Shown here: piece by piece, positions 21,273-31,113 of the stretch
Numbering within the stretch: the stretch's first letter is position 1
Layout: every line of letters starts with the position of its first letter
Origin: an uncultured Gammaproteobacteria bacterium
GTDB lineage: Bacteria > Pseudomonadota > Gammaproteobacteria > UBA9214
Length of the DNA stretch: 64,000 nt
Direction of reading: 5' to 3'
Assembly: GCA_963753755.1 (NCBI GenBank)
Contig: CAVWDM010000016.1
Coordinates: forward strand, 96,381 to 160,380
Notes under the pieces: generated by a model
The model's input: only the letters and a program-made list of their open reading frames with translations
What the model was told of the DNA's origin: nothing
Database searches by the model: none
Position numbers and translations under genes: made by a program

Positions 21273-22724
21273 TCACTTGCCTCCCGTGTCCACGATCCAG
21301 GTGTCCTTGCTGCCGCCACCCTGCGAAGAATTTACCACCAGTGAACCCTTGCGCAGAGCCACTCTTGTCAGACCGCCAGCCGTCACGTAGGTACGGTCGG
21401 ACTGCAGGATAAACGGGCGCAGGTCAAGGTGGCGCGGCTCCACGTGCTGTCCGCAGATAGTCGGTGCGGTCGACAGGCTCAGGGTTGGCTGGGCGATGTA
21501 ATTGCGCGGATTGCGCTTGATGAGGTTGACGAACTTGCCGCGCTCCACGGTGGTTGCGTGCGGCCCCACCAGCATGCCGTAACCGCCCGATTCGTTGGCC
21601 GGCTTGACCACCAGCTTGTCGAGATTGGCAAGCACGTATTCGCGTTGCTCGCGGTCTTCGCAGCGCCATGACGGCACATTGGGAATGATCGGGTCCTGGT
21701 CCAGATAATACTTGATGATTGCAGGCACGTAGGTATAGATGACCTTGTCATCCGCGACGCCGGCGCCGGGGGCATTGGCAAGCGCCACGTTGCCGGCGCG
21801 CCAGGCGCGTAATAGACCGGGCACACCCAGCACCGAGTCTTCACGGAAGGCTTCCGGGTCGAGGAATTCATCGTTCACCCGCCGGTAGATGACATCAACG
21901 CGCTGTAGCCCGCCGATGGTTTTCATGTGGACACAGTCATCGTTGCTGACTACCAGGTCGCCGCCCTCCACCAGTTCAGCCCCCATCTGCTGCGCCAGGT
22001 AGGCGTGTTCAAAATAAGCCGAGTTATAGATGCCAGGCGTCATGACCACGATCTCGGGATAGTCCAGCGGTCGCGGCGACAGTGAGGCCAGCATATCGAA
22101 CAGGTGCGAGGGATAGTCATCAACCGGCAGGATACGGTGTTTGCGGAACAGTTCCGGGAACACGCGCTTGGTGATGCTGCGGTTCTCTATCATGTAGGAA
22201 ACGCCGGAGGGTACGCGCAGGTTGTCTTCGAGGACATAGAAGGTGCCGTCGCTGTCGCGGACCAGGTCTGACCCGCAGATATGTGCCCACACATTAAATC
22301 GCGGGCTGGCACCGACGCACTGCGGCAGGAAGCTTTTCGAACCGCTGATCAGTTTCCGCGGTAAGATGCCGTCGTGGAGAATCTTCTGGTCATTGTAGAG
22401 GTCATGGATGAACATATTGAGTGCGGTCATGCGCTGCTGCAGACCTTCCTCGATACGTGACCATTCCTTTAGCGGAACGATACGCGGGATAATGTCAAAC
22501 GGCCAGGTGCGGTCGATGTTGGTGCCTTCGCTGTAGACCGTAAAGGTCACGCCCATTTCCGCGATGGCCAGGTCGGCTGCATGCTGACGACGCCCCAGCT
22601 GCTTGGCACTGAGCCTTTGCAGGTAGCTTGCAATGGCATGCGCGGCACGGCGCGGATTACCGGGCGAACTGATCATCTCGTCATAGAATTCGCCCGGATC
22701 ATAGCTCGTCCACTCAATTTGCAT
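21273..22724 (-). CDS. Circularly permuted type-2 ATP-grasp protein (putative amidoligase).
   Basis: About 480 aa, starting MQIEWTSYDPGEFYDEMISSPGNPRRAAHAIASYLQRL, which is characteristic of the CP_ATPgrasp_2 family. Confidence 0.85.
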   Translation of the reverse strand: MQIEWTSYDPGEFYDEMISSPGNPRRAAHAIASYLQRLSAKQLGRRQHAADLAIAEMGVTFTVYSEGTNIDRTWPFDIIPRIVPLKEWSRIEEGLQQRMTALNMFIHDLYNDQKILHDGILPRKLISGSKSFLPQCVGASPRFNVWAHICGSDLVRDSDGTFYVLEDNLRVPSGVSYMIENRSITKRVFPELFRKHRILPVDDYPSHLFDMLASLSPRPLDYPEIVVMTPGIYNSAYFEHAYLAQQMGAELVEGGDLVVSNDDCVHMKTIGGLQRVDVIYRRVNDEFLDPEAFREDSVLGVPGLLRAWRAGNVALANAPGAGVADDKVIYTYVPAIIKYYLDQDPIIPNVPSWRCEDREQREYVLANLDKLVVKPANESGGYGMLVGPHATTVERGKFVNLIKRNPRNYIAQPTLSLSTAPTICGQHVEPRHLDLRPFILQSDRTYVTAGGLTRVALRKGSLVVNSSQGGGSKDTWIVDTGGK

Positions 22725-22786
22725 GCACTTGGCCCCAGTTCACTATTGATTCAGTCCGGAATCGCTGCACCCTGTTTGCATCATGC

Positions 22787-24265
22787 TCAGTAGCGAGCGG
22801 CGCGCATATGGTCGAGTCGACGGACAAATTCACCCATTATGATACGGTAAAGTTCATCACCGAGGTAGGCATCCTCCACGCCGCTGTCGATGGACGGATT
22901 GTCATTGACCTCGATAACAACAGCCCGCTGATCGTTCGATTTTATATCAACACCAAACAAACCGTCTCCGATCAGGCGCGCTGCACGGGTCGCTATTTTG
23001 CTGACTTCACGCGGCGCATGCTGGATGCCGACGGTTTCCGAGTTGCCGGCACGGTGCGTGCTGGCAGAATGGTTATAGATTTGCCAGTGCCCCCGTGCCA
23101 TATGATATTTACAGGCATAAATGGGACGGTTATTGAGAATGCCGATACGCCAGTCATAATCCGTCGGCATGAATTCCTGCAATAGCACGATTGCCGAACG
23201 CCTGAACATCTTCTCGACACGTTGCTCGAGTTCGGCACGGTTTTCTGCCTTCTCCACACCGATGGAGAAGGAGCCGTCCGGAATTTTCAGGATCACAGGG
23301 AAGCCCGGTTCCTTTTCGAGCTGCTCATAGTCAACGGGCTGGCCACGCAGCAACAGCTGTGTAACGGGGCGCGGAATATTGTGGGTATCCAGAAGTTCAT
23401 TAAGAAATACCTTGTTCGAGCAGCGCAGGATGGCATCAGGTGAATCGATAACGGTCAGTCCTTCATTCTCCGCACGTTTAGCAAACCGGTAGGTGTGATG
23501 GTTTACCGCGGTGGTTTCGCGGATAAACAGGGCATCGTACTCGGCCAGCCGGCCAAAGTCGTCCGGGGTGATCAGGTCCACGTCAAGTCCCAGTTCGCCA
23601 CCGGCGCGAATGAACTTGTTCATTGCGGTGCGGCTGCTTGGTGGCAGGGCTTCCTGTGGATTATGCAGGATGGCCAGGTCATAGCGGTAACGGCGCCGCG
23701 AGCGGGGCCGGCGCCAGACGCTTTTGCAGAAGGCATCCAGGCTGTCGCCAAACAGGGTTTGTTCCGCCTCGTCGAGTTCCTGCAATTTACCAAAGTCTAC
23801 CTTCACGATCTTCCAGGCCGGACTCCCGGTCAGTTTTACACGCAGAATGGGGGCGCTGTAGCGTTCGAAGAGGGTGCGGGCAAACGGGGCCAGCGTGGTT
23901 ATGGCACATTTGCCAAACACGATTAACAGCTCCAGTGTATCCAGGTCCGTCTGGTCCAGCTTGCGCAGGTAGGATTCGACCGCACGTTCCAGCTCGTTGT
24001 CGAACAGCCGGTAGTGATCGAAATTATGCAGGTCATTGATGGTGTTGACGGATGGAATGACCTTCCCACCCCTGGCTTCGCCGAGCAGTGAACAGTAATA
24101 GCCGTTACCCAGGTACTCGAGGCCGCTGCACAGGTTGATGATGTAGCCGGGATTTTGACTTGCCTGGGTCTGCTGCAGGTAAGCCTCTACAGTCATGATC
24201 TTTTCGCTGGGGTAGTACGGCGACCAGGCAGCAGCATCATCGACGATGATGCGGAATTGTTTCAT
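22787..24265 (-). CDS. RimK-like ATP-grasp ligase with an N-terminal domain of about 250 aa (RLAN-like).
   Basis: The C-terminal half aligns by eye with RimK (VILKIPDGSFSIGVEKAENRAELEQRVEKMFRRSAIVLLQEFMPTDYDWRIGILNNRPIYACKYHMARGHWQ...VIEVNDNPSIDSGVED). The N-terminal half is unrelated to RimK. Confidence 0.8.
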   Translation of the reverse strand: MKQFRIIVDDAAAWSPYYPSEKIMTVEAYLQQTQASQNPGYIINLCSGLEYLGNGYYCSLLGEARGGKVIPSVNTINDLHNFDHYRLFDNELERAVESYLRKLDQTDLDTLELLIVFGKCAITTLAPFARTLFERYSAPILRVKLTGSPAWKIVKVDFGKLQELDEAEQTLFGDSLDAFCKSVWRRPRSRRRYRYDLAILHNPQEALPPSSRTAMNKFIRAGGELGLDVDLITPDDFGRLAEYDALFIRETTAVNHHTYRFAKRAENEGLTVIDSPDAILRCSNKVFLNELLDTHNIPRPVTQLLLRGQPVDYEQLEKEPGFPVILKIPDGSFSIGVEKAENRAELEQRVEKMFRRSAIVLLQEFMPTDYDWRIGILNNRPIYACKYHMARGHWQIYNHSASTHRAGNSETVGIQHAPREVSKIATRAARLIGDGLFGVDIKSNDQRAVVIEVNDNPSIDSGVEDAYLGDELYRIIMGEFVRRLDHMRAARY

Positions 24266-24474
24266 GGGTGTTAGAGCGCCTCCAAGCTACATGCCACCAC
24301 GTGTGACGGCGCACAATGTCGCACCAATAATAGCGGCTGGCAAGTAATTTCAGTGTACCGTCAGCGGCGGTTGGCTTGTCGGCTCACGCTGGCTGGCAGC
24401 ATTGAAAAAAGCTTCCATGAAGCAATGCACTGCCATCATTATACCGGGATGGACCTGACTATTGCAGATGACTC

Positions 24475-25599
24475 ATGAACCGTGTCGCTACCCTGGACGA
24501 TATCGAGGCCCTGCTCGCGATAGAGCAGCAGAGTTTCGCTGCGGACCGCATCAGCAGGCGGCAGTTTCGCCACATGTTGACCCGGGCGAACGCTGCGGTG
24601 CTGGTGGAAGAGTGTGCGGGTCGAATCGTCGGCGATGTCGTGGTGCTGTTCTCGCGTGCCACGTCCGTCGCGCGCCTCTATTCACTGGCGGTTGATCCGG
24701 GTGCGCGTGGCCAGGGGGTGGCGAAAAACCTGATACAGGCTGCAGAGCAGGCTGCCTGGTCCAGGCGCCGTGCCTACATGCGTCTCGAGGTGCGCAAGGA
24801 CAACAGCGCGGCGGTTTCCCTGTATCAGCGTCACGGCTACCGGCGCTTTGGCGAGTGGGTGGATTACTATGACGACCATGCCGATGCCTGGCGCTTTGAA
24901 AAATCCCTGTCACCTGAACTGCGCCCGTCCTTGCGCAATGTCGCGTGGTACGAACAGAGCCTGGATTTTACCTGTGGTCCTGCTGCGCTGATGATGGCCA
25001 TGGCCACACTGAACCCGGCACTGCAGCCCGATCGCACGCTGGAATTGCGCCTCTGGCGCGAGGCAACCACGGTGTTCATGACCTCCGGTCATGGTGGTTG
25101 TGGTCCCTATGGCCTGGCGCTGGCCGCCGCGCGGCGCGATTACAGGGTGCGGGTATATGTCAGTGACAAGGGGGTACACCTGGTGGATTCCGTGCGCAGT
25201 GAAGACAAGAAGGAGGTCATGCGCCTGGTACAGGAGGACATGAGGCAGCAGTTAAGTACGCTCGGTGTGCCGGTTTATCACCGGGCCATGTCCATCGACA
25301 GAATGGAGGCCAGTTTCAATGGCGGGGCCATTCCGCTGGTACTGATTTCCTCCTGGCAGATCTACGGTGAACGCTTTCCACACTGGGTTGTGGTCACCGG
25401 CTTTGATGCGAACTTTGTTTACGTCAATGACCCCTATGTGGATTACGAGGCAGGGGAGACTGCGCTGGACTCGATCCACATGCCCATCGCGCGCGAACGC
25501 TTTGCGACCATGACGCGTTACGGACGGGTGAAACTGCAGGCGGTGGTCGTGTTGACCGCCCCTGCTGAATTCAACACGGCGACTGCGGGAAAGTCCTGA
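24475..25599 (+). CDS. Fusion of a GNAT N-acetyltransferase and a C39-like (papain-fold) cysteine peptidase.
   Basis: GNAT motifs (RGQGVAKNLI, LYQRHGY). C-terminal LDFTCGPAALMMAMATL and HWVVVTGFD are consistent with a C39-like Cys/His peptidase. Confidence 0.8.
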   Translation: MNRVATLDDIEALLAIEQQSFAADRISRRQFRHMLTRANAAVLVEECAGRIVGDVVVLFSRATSVARLYSLAVDPGARGQGVAKNLIQAAEQAAWSRRRAYMRLEVRKDNSAAVSLYQRHGYRRFGEWVDYYDDHADAWRFEKSLSPELRPSLRNVAWYEQSLDFTCGPAALMMAMATLNPALQPDRTLELRLWREATTVFMTSGHGGCGPYGLALAAARRDYRVRVYVSDKGVHLVDSVRSEDKKEVMRLVQEDMRQQLSTLGVPVYHRAMSIDRMEASFNGGAIPLVLISSWQIYGERFPHWVVVTGFDANFVYVNDPYVDYEAGETALDSIHMPIARERFATMTRYGRVKLQAVVVLTAPAEFNTATAGKS

Positions 25600-25620
25600 C
25601 GCGCGATCCACGTGGCCGTG

Positions 25621-26862
25621 TCAATGGTCGTGGTTGTGGCGGGTCAGCGGCTCATTGGCCCGGATCGAGGCGGCCGACAGTGTTCCTGACTGAGCCGTTA
25701 GCGCCAGGCATGAGACCTTCAATATCCGCCGTGCTGCCAGGATCCAGAACGGGCTGGCAAGCAGTGACAGTGCAATCACCGCAATCGTATACTGGTAGGC
25801 GATCTCGGTGATAATGCCGGCTGTCAGCCCAACGGCAGCCAGGACAAAGGAAAATTCGCCAATCTGGCTGAGCATTGCGCCGGCATAGAAACTTTCCCGC
25901 CATCGATAACCAAGGAAACGCAGGATAATGCCGTTCAGCAAGGTGTTGCCGACCAGTACGCTCAGCACCAGCAATAGCACCTGTACTGCATGCGAGGTAA
26001 TGAACGCGACATCAACCAGCATGCCAACGGAAACAAAAAACAGGGCAACAAAAATTACCCGGAACGGCTCCAGGGAGTGATGCACCCACTGGGTCTCGCG
26101 CGCCGCGGTTACCAGTATCCCGGCTGCAAAAGCACCCAGTGCGGTTGAAAGTTCCGCCATCCCCGTTAACAGGGACAGCCCGAGACAGATCAGCAATGCC
26201 GCGAATACCTGCAGTTCGGGGTCGCTGCGCAATAGCTGCCCGTAGGGAAAATGAAATGCGTCCTGCGAGAGTGCCCATAGCAGCACCGAGACAATGGCGA
26301 TTGATCCGGCGATCTGCAGGCCGAGGTCATTCCAGGCCGGTGTTTCACCACCAAGCAGCCCGATAATGATCAACATGGGGATGACAACCAGGTCCTGCAC
26401 CAGCAGAATGCCGAGGATGTCCTGGCCTTCCTTGATGTTAAGTTCCCCGGAATCACGCAGCAGCTTGATGATAACGGCCGTGCTGCTGAGGCTCGTGACG
26501 AAACCCAGCAGGATGATGCGCTCCAACGGCCAGTCGAACCACAGGCCGATCGGGATGACCAGGGCAACACTCAGAGCAACCTGTACCAGCGTGCCGACTA
26601 CGGCAATGCGCCATCCTGAAAGGAGCTGTCGTGGCGCGACCTCCATGCCGACGAAGAACAGCAGCAAGACAACCCCAAAGTCACCCATTCGGGAAGCAAG
26701 TGCCGTATCTGTCAAAAGGGCAAAGCCGAAAGGGCCGATGGCGACTCCGGCAATCAAATAGCCAATGACCTGGGGTTGTCGCAGCAGTTGTAGTGACAGG
26801 CCGATGAGCAGCACGATGGCGATGATGGCAACCATCGTCGGCAGCAGGGGGTCAATATGCAT
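25621..26862 (-). CDS. Cation:proton antiporter (CPA/Na_H_Exchanger family).
   Basis: About 12 TM segments. Contains AGVAIGPFGF and LLLFFVGMEV. Confidence 0.85.
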   Translation of the reverse strand: MHIDPLLPTMVAIIAIVLLIGLSLQLLRQPQVIGYLIAGVAIGPFGFALLTDTALASRMGDFGVVLLLFFVGMEVAPRQLLSGWRIAVVGTLVQVALSVALVIPIGLWFDWPLERIILLGFVTSLSSTAVIIKLLRDSGELNIKEGQDILGILLVQDLVVIPMLIIIGLLGGETPAWNDLGLQIAGSIAIVSVLLWALSQDAFHFPYGQLLRSDPELQVFAALLICLGLSLLTGMAELSTALGAFAAGILVTAARETQWVHHSLEPFRVIFVALFFVSVGMLVDVAFITSHAVQVLLLVLSVLVGNTLLNGIILRFLGYRWRESFYAGAMLSQIGEFSFVLAAVGLTAGIITEIAYQYTIAVIALSLLASPFWILAARRILKVSCLALTAQSGTLSAASIRANEPLTRHNHDH

Positions 26863-26875
26863 GTAATGACACCCG

Positions 26876-28033
26876 TCAGGTACGGTACAACCAGTTGCGC
26901 AGTAATACCGGGACGAGGAGGGTGGTGATCAGGCTCATGAGTACCAGTGCGACATAAGCCGGTTGTTCGATCACGCCGCGATTCAACGCCAGCAGTGCGA
27001 TCACCATGGCTACCTCGCCACGCGGCGCCATGCCGACACCGATAATCATGCTCTCTCTGGTCGCGATACCGGTGGCGCGTGCGCTCAGGCCGCAGCCAAT
27101 AAATTTGGAAAGGAAGGCAACAACTGACAGTGCCCCGGCAAAGACCAGTGTTTCGGCGCCGAGGAAGCGTAAATCAGCGAGTACTCCAAGCGACACAAAG
27201 AACACCGCGCCAAACGCCGCGCGCACATAGCCTGCGCCGATATGTACGGACTGGCTTTTGTTGACATGGATGCCCTCGAAGACCACGCCGGCAACAAAGG
27301 CGCCGACAATGGCGGAAAGATGCAGGTATTCCGCTACCAGGGCATAGACAAATGCCGTCAGCAACCCGAGGACGAAGACAAACTCCGGTGACCGCACGGC
27401 CAGTTGCGAGGCATCGATCCGGGCAGAGAGCGGCGCGAGCAAGCGCTGTCCCAGCCAGGCGCCCACGCCGATGAACAGAATGGCCTTGATCGCCATCAGT
27501 GCAATCTCGACGGTATCGATGACCCCGCTGCCGAGTTGATCGACCATGGAGAGGGCCAGCAGGGCCAGCACGTCGTCAATCACCGCTGCGCCGATAATCA
27601 GCCTGGCCTCCGGCGACTGCAGTCGGCCCAGTTCTCGTAACGCATCGGCGGTGATGGCAATACTGGTGGCGCTCAGGGCGACGCCAATCAACAATGCGCG
27701 GTCGTTATCGAAACCAAACCACAGCGCGACCAGATAGCCAGTGAACCAAGGCACAATGATGCCCGCCACGGCAATGATAAAGGGGCGCATACTGGCCAGC
27801 TCGCGCGCGCGGAATTCCAGGCCGACGACGAACAGCAGCACAATGGCACCGAGGTGGGCAATATTGGCGACAAATGTTGTGTACGTAATCAAGCCGAAGA
27901 CGCTTGGCCCGACAATCAGGCCGGCCAGGATCTGTCCGACCACGGCAGGCTGGCGGACCAGTCCGGAGATCAGGTGCCCGGCCAGTGCAACTGCCAGTAA
28001 CAGGCTCATCTGGAATTCAATGGATTCGTGCAT
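26876..28033 (-). CDS. Cation:proton antiporter (CPA family), a tandem paralogue.
   Basis: Contains ILAGLIVGPSVFGL and LLFVVGLEF. Confidence 0.85.
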   Translation of the reverse strand: MHESIEFQMSLLLAVALAGHLISGLVRQPAVVGQILAGLIVGPSVFGLITYTTFVANIAHLGAIVLLFVVGLEFRARELASMRPFIIAVAGIIVPWFTGYLVALWFGFDNDRALLIGVALSATSIAITADALRELGRLQSPEARLIIGAAVIDDVLALLALSMVDQLGSGVIDTVEIALMAIKAILFIGVGAWLGQRLLAPLSARIDASQLAVRSPEFVFVLGLLTAFVYALVAEYLHLSAIVGAFVAGVVFEGIHVNKSQSVHIGAGYVRAAFGAVFFVSLGVLADLRFLGAETLVFAGALSVVAFLSKFIGCGLSARATGIATRESMIIGVGMAPRGEVAMVIALLALNRGVIEQPAYVALVLMSLITTLLVPVLLRNWLYRT

Positions 28034-28200
28034 TGACTGCTTGTCCCAGGGTAGTGATAGGCACCGGCCTCAGATTATAAATACCGGAAAAAGGGCGTTG
28101 CATACCCAAATAGCGACGGGAGTAGCTGTGCCCGGCGTGCTGTTGGGCTCAGGCATCATGGGTTACGGCACACAGGCAACACCATGGTATCTGCTTATAG

Positions 28201-29187
28201 TCATAACCATTTTTTTCTGTAGAAGATGATCAGCAGGCCGACCACGATGGCAAGCATCAGGCCGAGCAGGTTGTAATAGCCGGACGGTGAATGCAGTTCC
28301 GGCATGTTTTCAAAATTCATACCATAGATACCGGCGAGGAAACTCAACGGTACGAAAATAGCCATCACCACGGTCAGTACTTTCATGATCTGGTTGAGTC
28401 GATGCGAGGCAACCGATATATAGCCGTCAGCCAGGTCCGAGGCCATTTCGTAATAGAGACTGGCAAGGCTGCTGGCGCGTTCCTGTTGCTCATAGACATC
28501 GACGATTTGGTGATCATGTTGGTCTGCGATGGCGGGGTAGGTGCCGGATTTTAGTGCAGCGAAGACCTGCTGGTGGTAGAGAAATACCCGTCTGAATTTC
28601 TTCAGTTCGGTTTTGTAATTGAGTAGTTCTGCGAGTATCGTGTCGTCGGGATGTTCCATGATTTCGCTTTCCAGCGACTCCAGACGAGGTTCCAGTTTGA
28701 GCAGAATGTCGAGATAACGATCCACCAGCCTGCGGCACAGACGCAGCGCCAGTGTTGCCGGTCCGTCAGCTAAAATTTCTGCATTACTTGTTGCCTGATC
28801 GAACAGTGTATCGGTAATGGGTGATACGCCATTGCGCCGGGTCACCAGGAATCGATCGCCGATAAAGAGTGCCAGTTGAATGGTGGAAAAATGCAGGCTC
28901 TCGGAGTCGGCACTCAACGGCTTCAGCAGGATGAAGGTGGAAGCATCGAATGCCTCGATCTTGGGCGGATGACGCGATCGCTGCGCATCCTGGATTGCCA
29001 TGGGATGCAGGCCGAAACTGTCCTGCAGAAACCGGGCTTCCGTAGCATCGGGTTCTGCAGAACAATCGAGCCAGATACAGCTGTCCGCATTCTGCCGCCA
29101 GACGGCCACCAGTTCCTGTCCGCCGCTGATGACTTCGTTGCTCGACCTGTTATAAAGAAGTGTCCTGATCATGGCATGTTTCTCCAA
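28201..29187 (-). CDS. corA: CorA magnesium/cobalt transporter.
   Basis: C-terminal two TM segments with the YGMNF (GMN) motif. Confidence 0.9.
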   Translation of the reverse strand: MEKHAMIRTLLYNRSSNEVISGGQELVAVWRQNADSCIWLDCSAEPDATEARFLQDSFGLHPMAIQDAQRSRHPPKIEAFDASTFILLKPLSADSESLHFSTIQLALFIGDRFLVTRRNGVSPITDTLFDQATSNAEILADGPATLALRLCRRLVDRYLDILLKLEPRLESLESEIMEHPDDTILAELLNYKTELKKFRRVFLYHQQVFAALKSGTYPAIADQHDHQIVDVYEQQERASSLASLYYEMASDLADGYISVASHRLNQIMKVLTVVMAIFVPLSFLAGIYGMNFENMPELHSPSGYYNLLGLMLAIVVGLLIIFYRKKWL

Positions 29188-29280
29188 TTAATCGCCGGAT
29201 TGTCACATATAATTCCCTGCAAACGCGAGCGCCGGTCTCTATTGTCATTGTAGTGGTCCGCGGACCACCTCGCTTTGTTG

Positions 29281-30666
29281 CTATACCAGCAAATATGGCA
29301 TGAATAACGTCGCCAGGCTCAGTACCAGGAAGAAGCCGGCCATGTCTGTGACGGTGGTGAGCAGGGGACCCGATGCGACTGCGGGATCAACGCCAAAGCG
29401 CTTGAGCAGCAGGGGCACCGTGCCGCCGATGGACACGGCGATCACCGTATTGGCCGCCAGCGCCAGTCCAATCACCAGGCCGAGGTAGGGACTGCCTTTC
29501 CAGAGCCACGCCACGATGCCGATCATAATGCCCAGTACGATACCGTTGATCAGTCCGACACCGACTTCCTTCTTCCACACATGAAAAACATCAACAGGCC
29601 GGGCGAGTCCCAGCGCCAGTTCCCGCATGCTTACACCGACCGCCTGGTTACCGGAACAGCCGCTCATGTCAGAGACCATGGGAAGGAAAACCGCAATGGC
29701 GATGACTGCGGCCAGTGTTTCCTCGTAGGCCGAGATGACGCTGGCCGCGATGATATTCAGAACAATGTTCGAGCTCAACCAGGCCAGCCTGCGTCTGGAG
29801 CGAAACCAGGTGGGCATGGAGCGCAGTTCGTCGCTCATGCGCTGACGTGACAGGCTTTCCTGTTCGGATCGCTTCAGTGCGGCCTCTGCGACCGCGGCCC
29901 GTGAGACGACTCCCAGGGGAATGCCCTGCTCATCGACCACCGGCACGCCGAGGAACGGATGTTCCTCAAGCAGTTCTTCCAGAGCGTCCTGCGTCTCGTC
30001 TGGCATGACAGTCAGTGGTGCAGACATGATCTCTGCAAGGGCAGCTGCACGCCTGCTGGTCAGCAGGCTGCGCAAGGACACGACACCGACCAGTTTGCCG
30101 GTCTTGTCGATGACATACGGGTGCTGCCCGCGGTAACGCTCGAATTCCTCATCACCCTTCGCCAGGCGCGCCAGCACGGCACCGACTGTTTCAGAGGTTT
30201 GGAACGAGAAGATATCACTTTCCATGAGACCGCCGGCGCTGTCTGGCGGATACTCTGCAAGTTTTCGAACACTGGCAGCCTCGTCCGGGTCCATCTCGGA
30301 GAGAATGGCCTCGGCCTCATCCGGCTCCAGTTCAGTGACGATGTCAGCCTGGGTATCGCTCTGGAGCTCTTCCATGATCTTTGCCGCTACCGGTGACTCC
30401 AGACCCTCGATCAGGGAGGCAGCAAGGTTCTCCGGCGCCTCTTCAACCAGTGTGGCGGCCGCTTCCGGTGTAATCAGTGACACCACCCGGTCACGTTCTT
30501 CTGCATGCAGACGCGAGAAATGGCGCAGGGCGTCCTGGGTCGGGATCGATTCCATGATCTCGGTGAGCCGCTCGCCATCGGCATTTTCGAGCGCTTGATC
30601 TATGGCTTTCCTGACGTCCTTGTCTTCAGGGATCAGGTCGTCGGTATTATCAGCTGTATCTTTCAT
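29281..30666 (-). CDS. mgtE: MgtE magnesium transporter.
   Basis: MgtE_N helical domain, a CBS pair, and a TM domain (TVTDMAGFFLVLSLATL). Start trimmed to MKDTADN. Confidence 0.9.
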   Translation of the reverse strand: MKDTADNTDDLIPEDKDVRKAIDQALENADGERLTEIMESIPTQDALRHFSRLHAEERDRVVSLITPEAAATLVEEAPENLAASLIEGLESPVAAKIMEELQSDTQADIVTELEPDEAEAILSEMDPDEAASVRKLAEYPPDSAGGLMESDIFSFQTSETVGAVLARLAKGDEEFERYRGQHPYVIDKTGKLVGVVSLRSLLTSRRAAALAEIMSAPLTVMPDETQDALEELLEEHPFLGVPVVDEQGIPLGVVSRAAVAEAALKRSEQESLSRQRMSDELRSMPTWFRSRRRLAWLSSNIVLNIIAASVISAYEETLAAVIAIAVFLPMVSDMSGCSGNQAVGVSMRELALGLARPVDVFHVWKKEVGVGLINGIVLGIMIGIVAWLWKGSPYLGLVIGLALAANTVIAVSIGGTVPLLLKRFGVDPAVASGPLLTTVTDMAGFFLVLSLATLFMPYLLV

Positions 30667-30875
30667 GCGGTGTTTTTCCCTGTTGAAATATGCTGGTGAC
30701 GAATCGTTTCGTTCAATTGTGTAACGAAGTGATACGATGGAGTTGTGCACGGGATGCCCTTAGGCTTATTAATCCCGGCATTCGCTGGCTTCTTAGTGAT
30801 AGCGAAAAAGTGGATAGTATCAGCGCTGAGGTCGTGTGACACTCTCGTGTATATGCGCTTGACCATGAGAAATCT

Positions 30876-30912
30876 CCCGGACCCCGGACCCTCGACCCTG
30901 GACCCCGGAGCC
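30876..30912. repeat. Degenerate heptamer tandem repeat (CCCGGAC-like, 5 units) in the divergent Mg-transporter intergenic region.
   Basis: Sequence CCCGGACCCCGGACCCTCGACCCTGGACCCCGGAGCC. Confidence 0.6.
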
Positions 30913-30997
30913 AAAGGTCGGGTAAATGTTGAACGCGCCGGGCTGGGCTGTAATCACTACTGCGAGTGTAAATCCAGACCGGGCGGGCACTGGAAAA

Positions 30998-31063
30998 GTC
31001 ACAGTGCTGCACCGCGGTACCCCGGGTGAAATGCGATAAGACTGACATCAGCTGTGACTTTTT
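30998..31063 (+). promoter_or_regulatory. Structured 5' leader hairpin with a U-run, a candidate attenuator, ending 50 nt upstream of the CorC/CNNM gene.
   Basis: Stem AGTCACAG / CTGTGACT enclosing a GC-palindromic loop, followed by TTTTT. Confidence 0.3.
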
Positions 31064-31113
31064 CCTGTCATGCGGCGTCCAACCCTTAACCACACCAGGA
31101 ATAAACGGTTTTC

